From positions 3,678,277-3,742,276 of the forward strand of contig CP070695.1 of assembly GCA_020353515.1 (NCBI GenBank): a stretch of 64,000 nt of DNA, written 5' to 3'. A program made the translations under genes and the position numbers. The notes beneath the pieces are model-generated. The model was not told the origin of the DNA, did no database searches, and was given only the letters and a program-made list of their open reading frames with translations. Below, in pieces: positions 18,928 through 29,900 of the stretch; within the stretch, counting starts at the first letter, position 1, and the number at the start of each line of letters is the position of its first letter. Origin of the DNA: Candidatus Heimdallarchaeota archaeon. Its GTDB lineage: Archaea > Asgardarchaeota > Heimdallarchaeia > Hodarchaeales > Hodarchaeaceae.

Positions 18928-20265
18928 TTAAGATTTTGTATATGTTTTAACGATATCTATGATTCCATGCCACTGCTCACAGTTCTCAAAGAGAAAAGAC
19001 TCTGGATATGTGAGTAATTCTCTAACTGGAATTTTATTCAATGTATCTTTGTAGCGATTACATAAAACTAGTTGATTGTTGGCTAATAAGCGGAAGTTGA
19101 GCTTCCGTTGAAGATTGTTGGGTAAATGGGTTAAATTCATATTTTTCAAGACTTCATTCGAAACTAAATATTTCTGGAACTCCTCACTGAATTTCCAATC
19201 TCCCGAGGCTGAAACTGAAAATTTCATCCATGGAGAGTCAGTTTTTGGATGGAGGCATCCCATACTTCTAGCATCTTTGAAGGTCCAAATAGACCAAGAT
19301 ACGCCATGTTTTTCGAAAACTGCAATCGTGTCTCGCAATACTGATTCGTGAAATTTGCTATTGCCTCTTCTTAAGGAAATTCCAGTTTCACCACACCATA
19401 AAGGACGTTGCAATTCATTTTTGACATAATCTATTTCACCATCTCCAAAAATCGCATTCTGAATTTTATCAAACCGTAGTTGAGGATTTATTTCAACGTA
19501 ATCGCCAAAAATTGAGGGATAAAAATGAAATGAATAGGCAATGTTTGGATCTTCATAAGGAGTGAAATCTGTAAAGAAGTGCCCATAAAAATCTCCTTCA
19601 ATGAAAAAAATATGATTTTTGTCCACTTTTCGTAAATTTCTTACTAAATTGTGATAAAATTCATCAACTATCTCCCCCCTTGGTTCATAATAGCAGGGCT
19701 CGTTCATTAAATCATATGCAGCGACCCATGGATTATTACAATAGTGTTGAGCTATATATTTCCATAATTCAATGACACGGTTCTGGAAGTCTGGATGTTC
19801 CCAAAATAGAGCTTCACCTATTGCATTATCTGAGTGCCAATCAGGATTTTGTCCTCCTGGTGCAGCGTGAAGATCAAGAATCGCATAGATTTTATATTTT
19901 TCACACAATTTTAGGATTCGATCTATCTGGTTAAAGCCATTTGGATTATAAGAATAAGGTTGCAAGTCAGATTCAAAAAGCCGATAATTAAATGAAATTC
20001 TAATGGAATTAACACCAATTTCACTAAGAAATTGAAAGTCTGCTTCTTTGATGTAACAATTGTAATATTTTTCCCAGAATTCACTGGCTTTTTTTGATCC
20101 ATAAGCTTTTTCGAGGGCTCGCCTTAATTGAGATTCAGAGCCAGGAAGACCAATCATAAAGTGCTCTATGTTTAACCAGTTTCCAATACCAAATCCTCTA
20201 AATATGATTTCATTTCCATTTACAAGAAATTTTGATCCATCTACTTTAACATAGGGAGAATTCAC
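18928..20265 (-). CDS. Glycoside hydrolase family 5, cytoplasmic
   Basis: GNWLNIEHF, DLHAAPGGQNPDWHSD, LMNEP, FHFY, CGETG. Confidence 0.88.
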   Translation of the reverse strand: MNSPYVKVDGSKFLVNGNEIIFRGFGIGNWLNIEHFMIGLPGSESQLRRALEKAYGSKKASEFWEKYYNCYIKEADFQFLSEIGVNSIRISFNYRLFESDLQPYSYNPNGFNQIDRILKLCEKYKIYAILDLHAAPGGQNPDWHSDNAIGEALFWEHPDFQNRVIELWKYIAQHYCNNPWVAAYDLMNEPCYYEPRGEIVDEFYHNLVRNLRKVDKNHIFFIEGDFYGHFFTDFTPYEDPNIAYSFHFYPSIFGDYVEINPQLRFDKIQNAIFGDGEIDYVKNELQRPLWCGETGISLRRGNSKFHESVLRDTIAVFEKHGVSWSIWTFKDARSMGCLHPKTDSPWMKFSVSASGDWKFSEEFQKYLVSNEVLKNMNLTHLPNNLQRKLNFRLLANNQLVLCNRYKDTLNKIPVRELLTYPESFLFENCEQWHGIIDIVKTYTKS

Positions 20266-20334
20266 TATTTAAACACCTCTTTCAGCCTATTTTCAAAGGA
20301 AATTTAATATATTTTATTCAAATTTGAAAAAAAG

Positions 20335-21038
20335 ATGAGTGGTAAAATCATTATCATTACAGGTGCAAACAGAGGTATGGGTAAAGCAATGACCCAAAAA
20401 CTCGCTGAAATGGGAGCTACAGTCTATATGATATGTAGGGATAAGGAAAGTGGTTCTACTGTAGAAAATGAATTTAAAGATAAGAATTTAAGTGTCACGT
20501 TGAAGATTACTGACTTAGAAAACGTAGAAGACATTAACAATCTTGTTCAGGAAATAACTAAAGAACAAAACCACATTGATGTCCTTATTAATAATGGAGC
20601 TGTAAACTTAGAAAAAGCTACAACACGTATTGAAAACATTCCTTTAGAGATTCTTGAACAGACAATGAATATAAATTTCAGAGGAACTCTGTTAATATCC
20701 CAAAAATTTGTACCTCTTTTAAAAAAATCCACATCGGGAAGAATCATTAATTTTTCTTCAGGATTAGGACAGTTGACAGAATGGGTTATTATCCTGCTTA
20801 TAGTATCTCTAAAACCGCTGTAAATGCAATAACGAAGAACTTAGCAAACGAGCTTAAAGATACAAGTGTTATGGTTTTTTCTATGGATCCAGGATGGGTA
20901 AAAACAAATTTAAGAGGACCAGATGCACCTTTATCTATTGAAGAAGGAATTGAGACTCCAATATTTTTAGCTACAGAACCAGCAAGTAACTTAAAATCAG
21001 GAGAGTTTTATAAAGAGAAAAAAATTCTTGGGTGGTAA
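20335..21038 (+). pseudogene. Short-chain dehydrogenase/reductase split by a -1 frameshift near 20778
   Basis: ORF 20335-20823 has TGANRGMG, NNGA and FSSGLG. The catalytic YSISK and DPGWVKT motifs are in the overlapping frame 20781-21038. Confidence 0.8.
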
Positions 21039-21095
21039 TTTTTTTCAAACGCCCAGGAATCTTTGAAGTAGAAAAAATGTATCACCATGTCTTAG

Positions 21096-21938
21096 GTGTT
21101 ATTATCAATGGAAAATGATATTGAATTAGAGTTTGTAACTGATTATCATTGTATAGTTAATACCAATAACATACGTTCTGGAAATATTGGGGCTATTTTA
21201 TTACATAATTTTGCATGTATTATAGATACGACCACATACTTAATCACAGCAAAAAAATTTCGGGAAAAGATTGAAAAAAAATTCAAATTACCTATCAAAT
21301 TCTTAATCTATACTCACTATCATGGTGATCATATCTTTGGGGCATCAGCGTTTAGAGATCTGGCAATTATAAGCTCTAAACAGACTTTAAGAAATTTAAC
21401 AAGTGTAGAAACTTTGAAATCGATAGAGGAATGGAAAAACAATTTAATAAAGGAAGATTCATTTGCAAAAGGCATTGAAATCGTCCTTCCATCAATCTGT
21501 TTTTTAGATAAATTACTTATAAAAGATGAAGGCCTTGAGATAGAGATCAACCATTGCGGAGGACACACCTCTGGATCGACGTATGTTTATTTTCCAAAAG
21601 AAAAGGTAATTTATACTGGAGATCTTATTTTTGAAGATATTTATCCTTATGCAGGGGATCCAACATGTAATCCTGATGTTTGGATTACACAACTAGAAAA
21701 AATTCAAAATATGGATATAGAAAAGATCGTGCCTGGCCACGGGCCAATTTTAGAAAAAAGAGAATTAAACAAACATATTATCTTTTTTAAATCTTTAAGA
21801 GCACTGGTCAGAGAGGCTATTAGAAAAAATTTACCAATAGACACTATGATCCCTCCTGATTTTTTTGAATTTGAAGCAGATATATGGAAACCGATTGCAG
21901 TTGAATATTGGTACAATTTCTATAGAAGACAAAAATAA
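21096..21938 (+). CDS. Metallo-beta-lactamase-fold hydrolase
   Basis: THYHGDH, GHT, TGDL, PGHG. Confidence 0.88.
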   Translation: MLLSMENDIELEFVTDYHCIVNTNNIRSGNIGAILLHNFACIIDTTTYLITAKKFREKIEKKFKLPIKFLIYTHYHGDHIFGASAFRDLAIISSKQTLRNLTSVETLKSIEEWKNNLIKEDSFAKGIEIVLPSICFLDKLLIKDEGLEIEINHCGGHTSGSTYVYFPKEKVIYTGDLIFEDIYPYAGDPTCNPDVWITQLEKIQNMDIEKIVPGHGPILEKRELNKHIIFFKSLRALVREAIRKNLPIDTMIPPDFFEFEADIWKPIAVEYWYNFYRRQK

Positions 21939-21969
21939 AATGGAAAAAAAAAGAACTACTTTTCGATTT

Positions 21970-22707
21970 TCATTTTGGTAGTCCTAGATATTCTAAAGTC
22001 TCTTTCATCCATTGAGTGAAGGTGATTTTATTTTTAATGATTTTATCGACTTGACTTTTATATTCTTTCGCGGCTGCCTCTGTTGGGATTATTAGAAAGG
22101 AATCTTTATTTTCAATAGCCTGTATACAGATCATAGGATTCTCTAATCCTGAAGCAGTGTCAGCAGTTGCTAGTTCAAGCTCTAAAAGGAATATAAAGTC
22201 CTTAGCTTTCACATCATCAAAATCATATCTCGCCATATTTTCGTCAGGAGATAAATCGAGTAATACTCTACTCCATTCTGATATCCAATACTCATCAGTG
22301 AACCAGTGCTCAAGAAACTCCTTTTTACGAGCACGAAGCTCGCTAAGTACAACCATATTTCGTATCATGCCCTCACGTACTGATTTCATTAGTTTAAGAC
22401 CTGAATCGGTGAAAAGCTGAGGAAATTTTGCACGTTCATGGCTTAAGAGAACCATAATTCTTACAATTTCTTCCAACTCTTTGTCAGAAGGAATGGGTAC
22501 AAAATTAGAGACCTTCTTCAGCCATTCTATAGTTTGAGTGACATCAGATTGACTTACTGGTGATCTTTGTTCAGAGGCTAATTTTTGTTTTATCCAATTT
22601 CTATTTTTCAACTGAAGTTCCATTCTTTTACTTTCAGTTACCCCACGACGTCTCCTCCACTCTCCAATGTCTATCCTTGCTCGAAAAGTCTCCATTGTAT
22701 TAATCAC
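21970..22707 (-). CDS. Hypothetical protein (245 aa)
   Basis: Long ORF filling the gap between neighbours, protein-like composition, no recognised motif. Confidence 0.6.
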   Translation of the reverse strand: MINTMETFRARIDIGEWRRRRGVTESKRMELQLKNRNWIKQKLASEQRSPVSQSDVTQTIEWLKKVSNFVPIPSDKELEEIVRIMVLLSHERAKFPQLFTDSGLKLMKSVREGMIRNMVVLSELRARKKEFLEHWFTDEYWISEWSRVLLDLSPDENMARYDFDDVKAKDFIFLLELELATADTASGLENPMICIQAIENKDSFLIIPTEAAAKEYKSQVDKIIKNKITFTQWMKETLEYLGLPK

Positions 22708-22798
22708 CTTGCCTATGACTGAATCATCTCGAAATTTATTAAGCTTATTTGAGTTGTTGCACTAAGTATTTTCAATTGACAATGGTATTTTATTCAAA

Positions 22799-25700
22799 TC
22801 ATCCTAAGAGAATGGAAATTGAGTTTATTTTACCAGTCCTTATCATTGAGGCATATGGGGCTCTGATCTTACTCCCCTTGAGATTAACAATTTCTCCCCC
22901 TTTAATTTCAAGCTTGATCTCTTTAACTTTTGTCCCATTATTAAAAGTATTTAATTTCTGTGGATTTTGGTAGGTCACAACGCAATTTCCTAGGAAATTA
23001 AAGGTTACAGAACCATTTTCATCAAATAACCAGTTTGGTAGAATTGGTTTGAATTCTAAGCATAATTGGTTATTTTCCAAAAAAAAGGGGTTATTTCCTA
23101 CCATCATCAGAAGCCAAATATTCAGGAATTCAGCTGTTGCCCCACTTAATCTTGCATAGAACCCTGTGCCATGGAGAGTTTCATCAATGAAAGCGCTACT
23201 AACAATAAACGACGAATTTTCAGTCAAATTTCTTCCATATACTTCTACATCCTGAAAAGGAATGAGTACATTTTTGAAATCATCAAAAAATTCATTGTAA
23301 AGCCCTTTTTTAAGTAATTCAATCAAGAATTTGTACTCCATGTGAAGCCAGATTGATTCATTTTCTAACCAACCTGGAGTGAAAGCTTTAGCTCTCCCAA
23401 TATCGACAGGTTGTTTTTCAAGTGATTCGTTCAATTTATACATCTTTAACTTCTGGTCAAAAAGGTTACTGTCCCTTACTTGCCTCCATATTTTTCTTGC
23501 ACTTTCTTCATCAGATTGAACCTTCAAGGCTTTTACAAAACCCTCCAAAAACAATGGAAGTAAAATTGGTTTGAATTGTCTAACTTTTACATTAGGGTAT
23601 CCATTTTTATTAGTTTTAACATTTCCCTGTTCATCATAAAGCATTTGAAAGTTTTCTATTTCGTAATAAAAGTACGTTGGGATTCTATTATTGTTTAATT
23701 CAAAAGCAAGAGATAAACCCTCTTCGATTTTAATTAAAAACCTCTTTAATATGCTTTTTACTTCTGGAATTGCAATTTCTCTTTCCTCACCCATGAGTCC
23801 TAATTTGATTCTCTTTCTAAAGCGTTCTCTTTCTGTTGACACCAAATCCCAATAGTGATATTGCTTATTTTTTACTCTTGAAGAAAAATAATCATCTAAA
23901 TGTCTCAATACTGCCCAGAGAAAATCATAAATTTCCACTGGGAGTTTAATAGATTTGTGTGCGTGATTCTCTAAAGAGTTAGACATAAATTTAATGAATC
24001 TTTGGAGTTCGTAAGTTTCAGGTATCGAAGAGCCAAAAATTCCTGGCAATCCATTTAGAGCGTCATACCAGCCTGGCTTATCCGCTTCCATCTCAATTCC
24101 CATCCCATAAGGATCTAAAGTAGAAAATTTAATCAGGACTAGACAAAAGAGCTTTGAAAACAGACTAGTTTTATAAATGGAGCCAGACCCATTTTCTATT
24201 CTTACTGAATTCGGAAATCTGTCTCTAGAGTTTATTTGCTCCTCTTTTTGTCTATCTATTACAACAGAATCTATTTGCCTTACTTTTCCTTCAATTAATA
24301 CATATTTGTCTTCTCTTGGCTGAGCCATGGCCAAACTGTCATAAAAAGAGAAAATTATCATCTCAAAAAGCAATTTATCCTTTTTATCTGGATAGATTGA
24401 AATATAATCTTCAATAAGATCCAGATTATATGTCCAGTGATCTACCCAATAGCCTTCTCCATGTACGGCTTCAAATATCTGATCTGAATGTTTTAGAACC
24501 TTATTAAGAAAATCTGAAAGAGATAACTGTATATCGATTTTATGTTCCAGTAAATACCTGACTAATTTACCTGGAGTGAAAGGTTGGTTAAAGAAATCTT
24601 CAACTTTAATTTTATCACTCGTAAGATCTAGTATTTGAGGTAGATATTCTGCTTTTACATGAAAACTCGAACCCTGAAGGACCAATGGATTATACCCATC
24701 TAGTTGAATTAAATTCATGAATGTGAGGATATTGAAATGTTGAATGTTAGGGTGTATATGTACATCACATCTACGATTTTGATTTACATCTCGGTAATTT
24801 CCATTCCCTTGTGAGAAGAAATTATCGTCTAAATAGAACCAATTGTAATCTCGTTCTAGATCCCCGTGTTTTCTAAAGTATAAGTGAAATACAACAGGTG
24901 TATTTGTTCTATCTACAATCTTAGGAATTCCTCCCCGTAAAACGTTGTCCAGATAATTTTGTTGACAATAGAGGTCGAATAATTTTAAGGATGTTTTTGT
25001 TTTAACTTTCTTGGTTATTGATGTTATTATTTCCCTATTTTCATCTTTTTTTTCTTTGATATATTGCTTATTTACAATTTTTTGTTTTTGGTTATTCAAC
25101 CTATTTACATCATTCACTTGTCCAATAATAGAAAAGATTTCTACTTTATCTTTTGGTTCTAGATTAAGCTCAGCACCAAAAAAGCCACAGGGAATCTTAT
25201 TAGCAGTGATTTGTCGCCTTTTAAGTAAATCTCCAATAGTATACTTTAAAAAGCCATCAGGATGAGAAAAGGATGTATTTTTACCAAAAATTATCTCTGG
25301 ATCAACAATAGGCTCTAAAACTCTTGGAGATTCCTTTTCTTGTAAAAATGACAGATAAAAATGTCCTGTTTGTACTTTCTCAACCTTGGTTTCGTCTCCA
25401 ATCCTCGAACTAACTTTATAGAAGGGAATTTTTTCATTCATGTTTGTGATTTCAATCCACCCAATCCCAGTGTAACTCATATTCTTCAGAACTTGATGAT
25501 TGAATCCGAAAGGAATTACAATTGGTAATCCGTCAAGTAATTCCATTTTTATGGGAGCTGATGAAACGTTCTCTATTGTTAATATCCGAATTAATCCACC
25601 AAAATCTTCGTTTGGTATAGTAAAATAAGATACATTGATTTTCAGGTTGTGGTATTTGGAAATCTCCTCAATTTCTAAATCATAATAACTTATCATCATT

Positions 25701-26038
25701 CTTTCAATCTTTTCGAAAGTCTGGAGATTAACGGAGAAAGGTTCATAAAAAATTGATCTATTCTTATCTTTGATCTTAATGAAAGTCCTATATCCTGTGA
25801 AAGGTGTAGTTTGGTAGGATTTGTTGGCAGGGAAGAATTCTAAAATTGGACCATTTTTATCTTTAAATCCGAAACTGGCAATTCCTTGTCCCCTATTAAC
25901 ATAAAAGAGCCATATTGGAATACCCCTTGTACCAGCAATACCTGGTAGAAAACTAGCGAAAGGTTTCGTATTATTATAGTTCTCTATAATAAATCTATTA
26001 TTCTCATCATAATAATAATCACTCAATATACAACCCAT
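22799..26038 (-). CDS. GH161-like beta-1,3-glucan phosphorylase (GH-Q clan)
   Basis: FASFLPGIAG..GIP.W.FYVNRGQ, RKHGDLERDYN, QGNGNYRDVNQNRR, EGYWVDHWTY, KPGWYDALNGLPG, GWLENESIWLHMEYK, RLSGATAEF. Confidence 0.8.
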   Translation of the reverse strand: MGCILSDYYYDENNRFIIENYNNTKPFASFLPGIAGTRGIPIWLFYVNRGQGIASFGFKDKNGPILEFFPANKSYQTTPFTGYRTFIKIKDKNRSIFYEPFSVNLQTFEKIERMMISYYDLEIEEISKYHNLKINVSYFTIPNEDFGGLIRILTIENVSSAPIKMELLDGLPIVIPFGFNHQVLKNMSYTGIGWIEITNMNEKIPFYKVSSRIGDETKVEKVQTGHFYLSFLQEKESPRVLEPIVDPEIIFGKNTSFSHPDGFLKYTIGDLLKRRQITANKIPCGFFGAELNLEPKDKVEIFSIIGQVNDVNRLNNQKQKIVNKQYIKEKKDENREIITSITKKVKTKTSLKLFDLYCQQNYLDNVLRGGIPKIVDRTNTPVVFHLYFRKHGDLERDYNWFYLDDNFFSQGNGNYRDVNQNRRCDVHIHPNIQHFNILTFMNLIQLDGYNPLVLQGSSFHVKAEYLPQILDLTSDKIKVEDFFNQPFTPGKLVRYLLEHKIDIQLSLSDFLNKVLKHSDQIFEAVHGEGYWVDHWTYNLDLIEDYISIYPDKKDKLLFEMIIFSFYDSLAMAQPREDKYVLIEGKVRQIDSVVIDRQKEEQINSRDRFPNSVRIENGSGSIYKTSLFSKLFCLVLIKFSTLDPYGMGIEMEADKPGWYDALNGLPGIFGSSIPETYELQRFIKFMSNSLENHAHKSIKLPVEIYDFLWAVLRHLDDYFSSRVKNKQYHYWDLVSTERERFRKRIKLGLMGEEREIAIPEVKSILKRFLIKIEEGLSLAFELNNNRIPTYFYYEIENFQMLYDEQGNVKTNKNGYPNVKVRQFKPILLPLFLEGFVKALKVQSDEESARKIWRQVRDSNLFDQKLKMYKLNESLEKQPVDIGRAKAFTPGWLENESIWLHMEYKFLIELLKKGLYNEFFDDFKNVLIPFQDVEVYGRNLTENSSFIVSSAFIDETLHGTGFYARLSGATAEFLNIWLLMMVGNNPFFLENNQLCLEFKPILPNWLFDENGSVTFNFLGNCVVTYQNPQKLNTFNNGTKVKEIKLEIKGGEIVNLKGSKIRAPYASMIRTGKINSISILLG

Positions 26039-26047
26039 CCTAATATG

Positions 26048-26857
26048 TTATTTTTGTAATCGTAGAAGAAATTCTTTAACTCCTTCACCATTTGGAAAGT
26101 TTAAGACGCCTAATGAAAGATCTTTCAATCTCCTTGGTGATGATGGAAAAGTCCAAGACTCATTAGCAACCTCTGCACAATGAATATCATTTTCAGAATC
26201 ACCAATAAAGATCACTTTTAGATCTTTGATTTCTTGATTGAAGAACTCTTTCAAGAAGTCTGGAAGAAACATACATTTCTTAACTAAAGGCGGAGAGATT
26301 TCGAGATATGTGTCATGAGAAGTACTCAATTGAACTTGATTAGATAATTTTCTGCTAAGATGCTTACGAACCGTTTTTATCTTAAATTCGTCATCAATTA
26401 ATAGAATCTTTATACAGCCATTCAAAAATTCATTTCGCCAAGGTACAGGGGTAATCCCTGTTACTTTAGCCTCTCTTTCCACACCTGGGGAGAAATCGGA
26501 TACTGCCCAAAAATCTGTTCCATAATATGTTGTGATGACGTTAAAGGAAGAGAGCTCTTTGTTAATTATAGCGACTGTTTCATTTGGAAAATATTTTATT
26601 TTATCGAATTTTTGCCAACATGTGAGGTGAAGTGCAGCTCCGTTTAGGGAAATAGTGGGCACAAATTCAAAGTAGTCCTTTAGGACAAATTTTACTCCTA
26701 GGGGATGTCGTGCTGTTGCAATTAGAATACGATCCTCATTAACATAATCTTTTAAGAGGACGGCAAGATCTTGGTTTAGCTTTTCCCCTGTTTTTATCAA
26801 AGTACCATCCATATCTAACACTAAAATGAACTCATCATCAATTACCAGATGATACAC
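26048..26857 (-). CDS. Cof-type HAD-IIB hydrolase/phosphatase
   Basis: DMDGTL, ATAR, NGA, GDSEND. Confidence 0.85.
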   Translation of the reverse strand: MYHLVIDDEFILVLDMDGTLIKTGEKLNQDLAVLLKDYVNEDRILIATARHPLGVKFVLKDYFEFVPTISLNGAALHLTCWQKFDKIKYFPNETVAIINKELSSFNVITTYYGTDFWAVSDFSPGVEREAKVTGITPVPWRNEFLNGCIKILLIDDEFKIKTVRKHLSRKLSNQVQLSTSHDTYLEISPPLVKKCMFLPDFLKEFFNQEIKDLKVIFIGDSENDIHCAEVANESWTFPSSPRRLKDLSLGVLNFPNGEGVKEFLLRLQK

Positions 26858-26938
26858 TATCCTTTTCCTTAAGAATAGTCAGATTAAAGACTAAATCTTG
26901 TATTTTAACAAATAAGGACTCAATATGTACATTTACTT

Positions 26939-29900
26939 TTAATTATATAACCAACATTTTACCTGTCGTTCTTTATCAGACAGTTCAACGACTGGAGGTT
27001 CATAAGATTTACAATGGGTCATAATTTCAGGACACCTTGGATGGAAGCGACACCCAGGAGGAGGGTATCTTAAGTCAGGGTGACTACCTGGTATACTTCT
27101 TAATTCAGCTGGCCTTGTACCATCTGGATTAAATTTTACAATAGAAGAAATGAGTAAAGCTGTGTAAGGGTGAAGTGGATCATTGATAATATCATCCATA
27201 AAACCTGTTTCAACTATTTCACCACAATACATGATGATAGATCTACTACACAACTGTCTCAGAGTAGCTATATCATGAGAAACGAAGAGGATAGATTGAA
27301 TAATTCCTTTGTTCTTTAAGTCAGAAAGCATTTGTATCATCTGTTTTTGTGATGTAACATCTAAAGCACTAGTTGGCTCATCTATTATCAAAAGATTAGG
27401 ATTCCACAGGGTGGAGATCGCAATAACAACCCGCTGTTTCATACCTCCACTCAATTCATGAGGGTAACGATCTAAAACTGACTTGTCCAGACCCACTCTC
27501 TCAAAATGAATTTCTGCAAGTTTATAGGTTTCTACTTTAGATCCTTTTCTCCCAGTACGCTCTTCCACAACATCCATGATAAAGTCCTTGATCTTTTTCA
27601 CTGGATTCAAAGATTCCATCGAAGCTTGGGGGACATAAGACAATAGCCTGCATTTAACCTGTGTTCTCAAAGCCTCTGGCCTGATTTTATAAATGTCAAA
27701 CCTATCAACAAGAATTTTCCCCTTTTCATAATGCAAGAGTGGCCTGGGTGATCCTGTGAGAAGCTCCGCTAATGTGGACTTTCCACAACCAGATTCACCG
27801 GCAAGACCTACGATTTCACCTCTTTTAATTGTTAATGAAACATTATCCACACCATGTACAACCCCAAAAGATCCTCGATAGTAACCCTTCAGATTCTCAA
27901 CTGATAAAAGATATTCTAGGAATAAATCTTCATCTATGATTTTTGGTTCTTTGATACCTCTTCCACTAATAGCTGAGACAATAGATCGATGGGAAGAACG
28001 ATAACTCGGAATCGTTGTACTCACAATCGTTATTACAAATGAAATTGATACCCAAAGAAATATCATTAAAGGGTCTACATTTACCTTTATTGGAATGCTA
28101 GAAGAAATATACCACTGCATTAGATATGCACCAACAACTCCCTCAATTATTCCAATAATTACAGCTGTTATCTCCAACATTGTACTTTCAGCCAAAAAAA
28201 TGGAGAATACTTCTTTTTTAGAAATTCCCATAGCACGTATGATTCCTACTTCTCTTTCCATCTTCAATGTAGAGATAAGTATGCATACAAATTGAGCTAA
28301 TCCAACTAAGAAGAATGATTCTAAGAATAAAGTTTGAAATAACACAGCTTGTTTTCGAAGTGTTCCCTCGATAAATGTAGAAAAGTAATCTATTGAAACT
28401 GCGCGATAAAATTCATTATAAGTAAACTTAAGATTTTTAGTTAAATTATTCACATTAGTATCATCATCTATTGACATAACGAACCATTTTGCTACTGGTT
28501 CATCTTCGGAAGGAAAAAATTGATCAAACAAGACATTAGACAAATATAAATACAACCCTTGGCGTACAAAAGGATTACCACGTACAATTCCATTAATAAC
28601 TAATGTTTTTGTTATGTTCTCTTGTAATATGATTTGAATTGTTTCACCTAAGTCCACGTTCAGATGTTGTAAGAGAAGATTACTAATAATCACTCCTTGT
28701 TCCGAAGTATTCATCATCATTGCGAGATTAGGTTTTGTTTGGGCAATAATTGGACCTATGAACGTTTCATAATTTTTAGGATCAATACCAAAGATATTAA
28801 TTCGTTTAGAATTGAAATTCACGATAGTAGAACGTTCTTGTATGAAACTAGCTTCTACTATATCTCTATTACGCTCTAATTTTTCAACCACTGTAATTGG
28901 TAACTCTTGTCCATCATAACATTCTGCAATGATATCGATACCACCAAACTGATCATTATAATAGGTGGGAACAGCATCTATCAGAGCATTCGAAACTATT
29001 CCGATAATAATTATGAAAGACAAGGCGATAGCACTCGTCATAATAGTAATTGCCGATTTGGAGGCTTCACGTTTTACGTTTCGTGATGAAACTACTTTTG
29101 CAATGGTTGAAAACCAAAATAAGTTCTTTCCAACCTTAGGTAAAAAGTTCAATAAACCAGTTTGAATTAAAAACGTTCCAATTAAGATTAATACAAGAAC
29201 AATGAAATGAAAAGAGACAATTTCAAAAGAAAGAAATCGTGACGGACCAATAAAGTAGGATCCAATAATACCAATTGCACTTAGAACAATACCAGTCAAA
29301 AATGTATATTTCCATGTAACTTTCCATTTTTGCTCTATACTACGCTGTTGATAATGAATGTTTTGAACAGGAGGAAGAACGATAGCGATTACAACTGGAT
29401 AGATTCCTGCAATGAGGGATATCAAAATTCCGGAAAGAAACGCAGTACCTACGGACGCTGGTTTTATTACTAACTGGGTGACAGTTACTATTTCCACTGT
29501 TTGGTTAAATAGGGTTAAATACATTACTGAGAAGAGAAATCCAAAAATAGTTCCAAAAAAACTCCCTAACGTGCTATAAACTAGAATTTCAATCCCAAGA
29601 GTCACAACGATTTGAAAATTCGATGTTCCTACTGATTTTAAGATTCCAAATTCTTTTTTTCGTTCATTCACATTAATAGTTAGTAGATTAGCAAGAAATA
29701 AGATAGCTACAACAAACGATGCCAATACAATTATGTTCATGGCCGTTTGATAAGAAGTAATACCAAGTCTGGCAATTTCTGAAATTATTTTCCCCCGTAT
29801 GACTAAGAACTCCTCTCCAACTGTACTTTTTATATTTGTGACAACTTCATCAATCTCGAGTAAATCATCAACTTCGACTATACATTCAATATGGAAACTC

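Noticed and set aside
22799-26038. GH94 cellobiose phosphorylase or GH149
   Set aside because: Length and the HGDLERDYN motif fit GH161 better; HMM confirmation is still needed.
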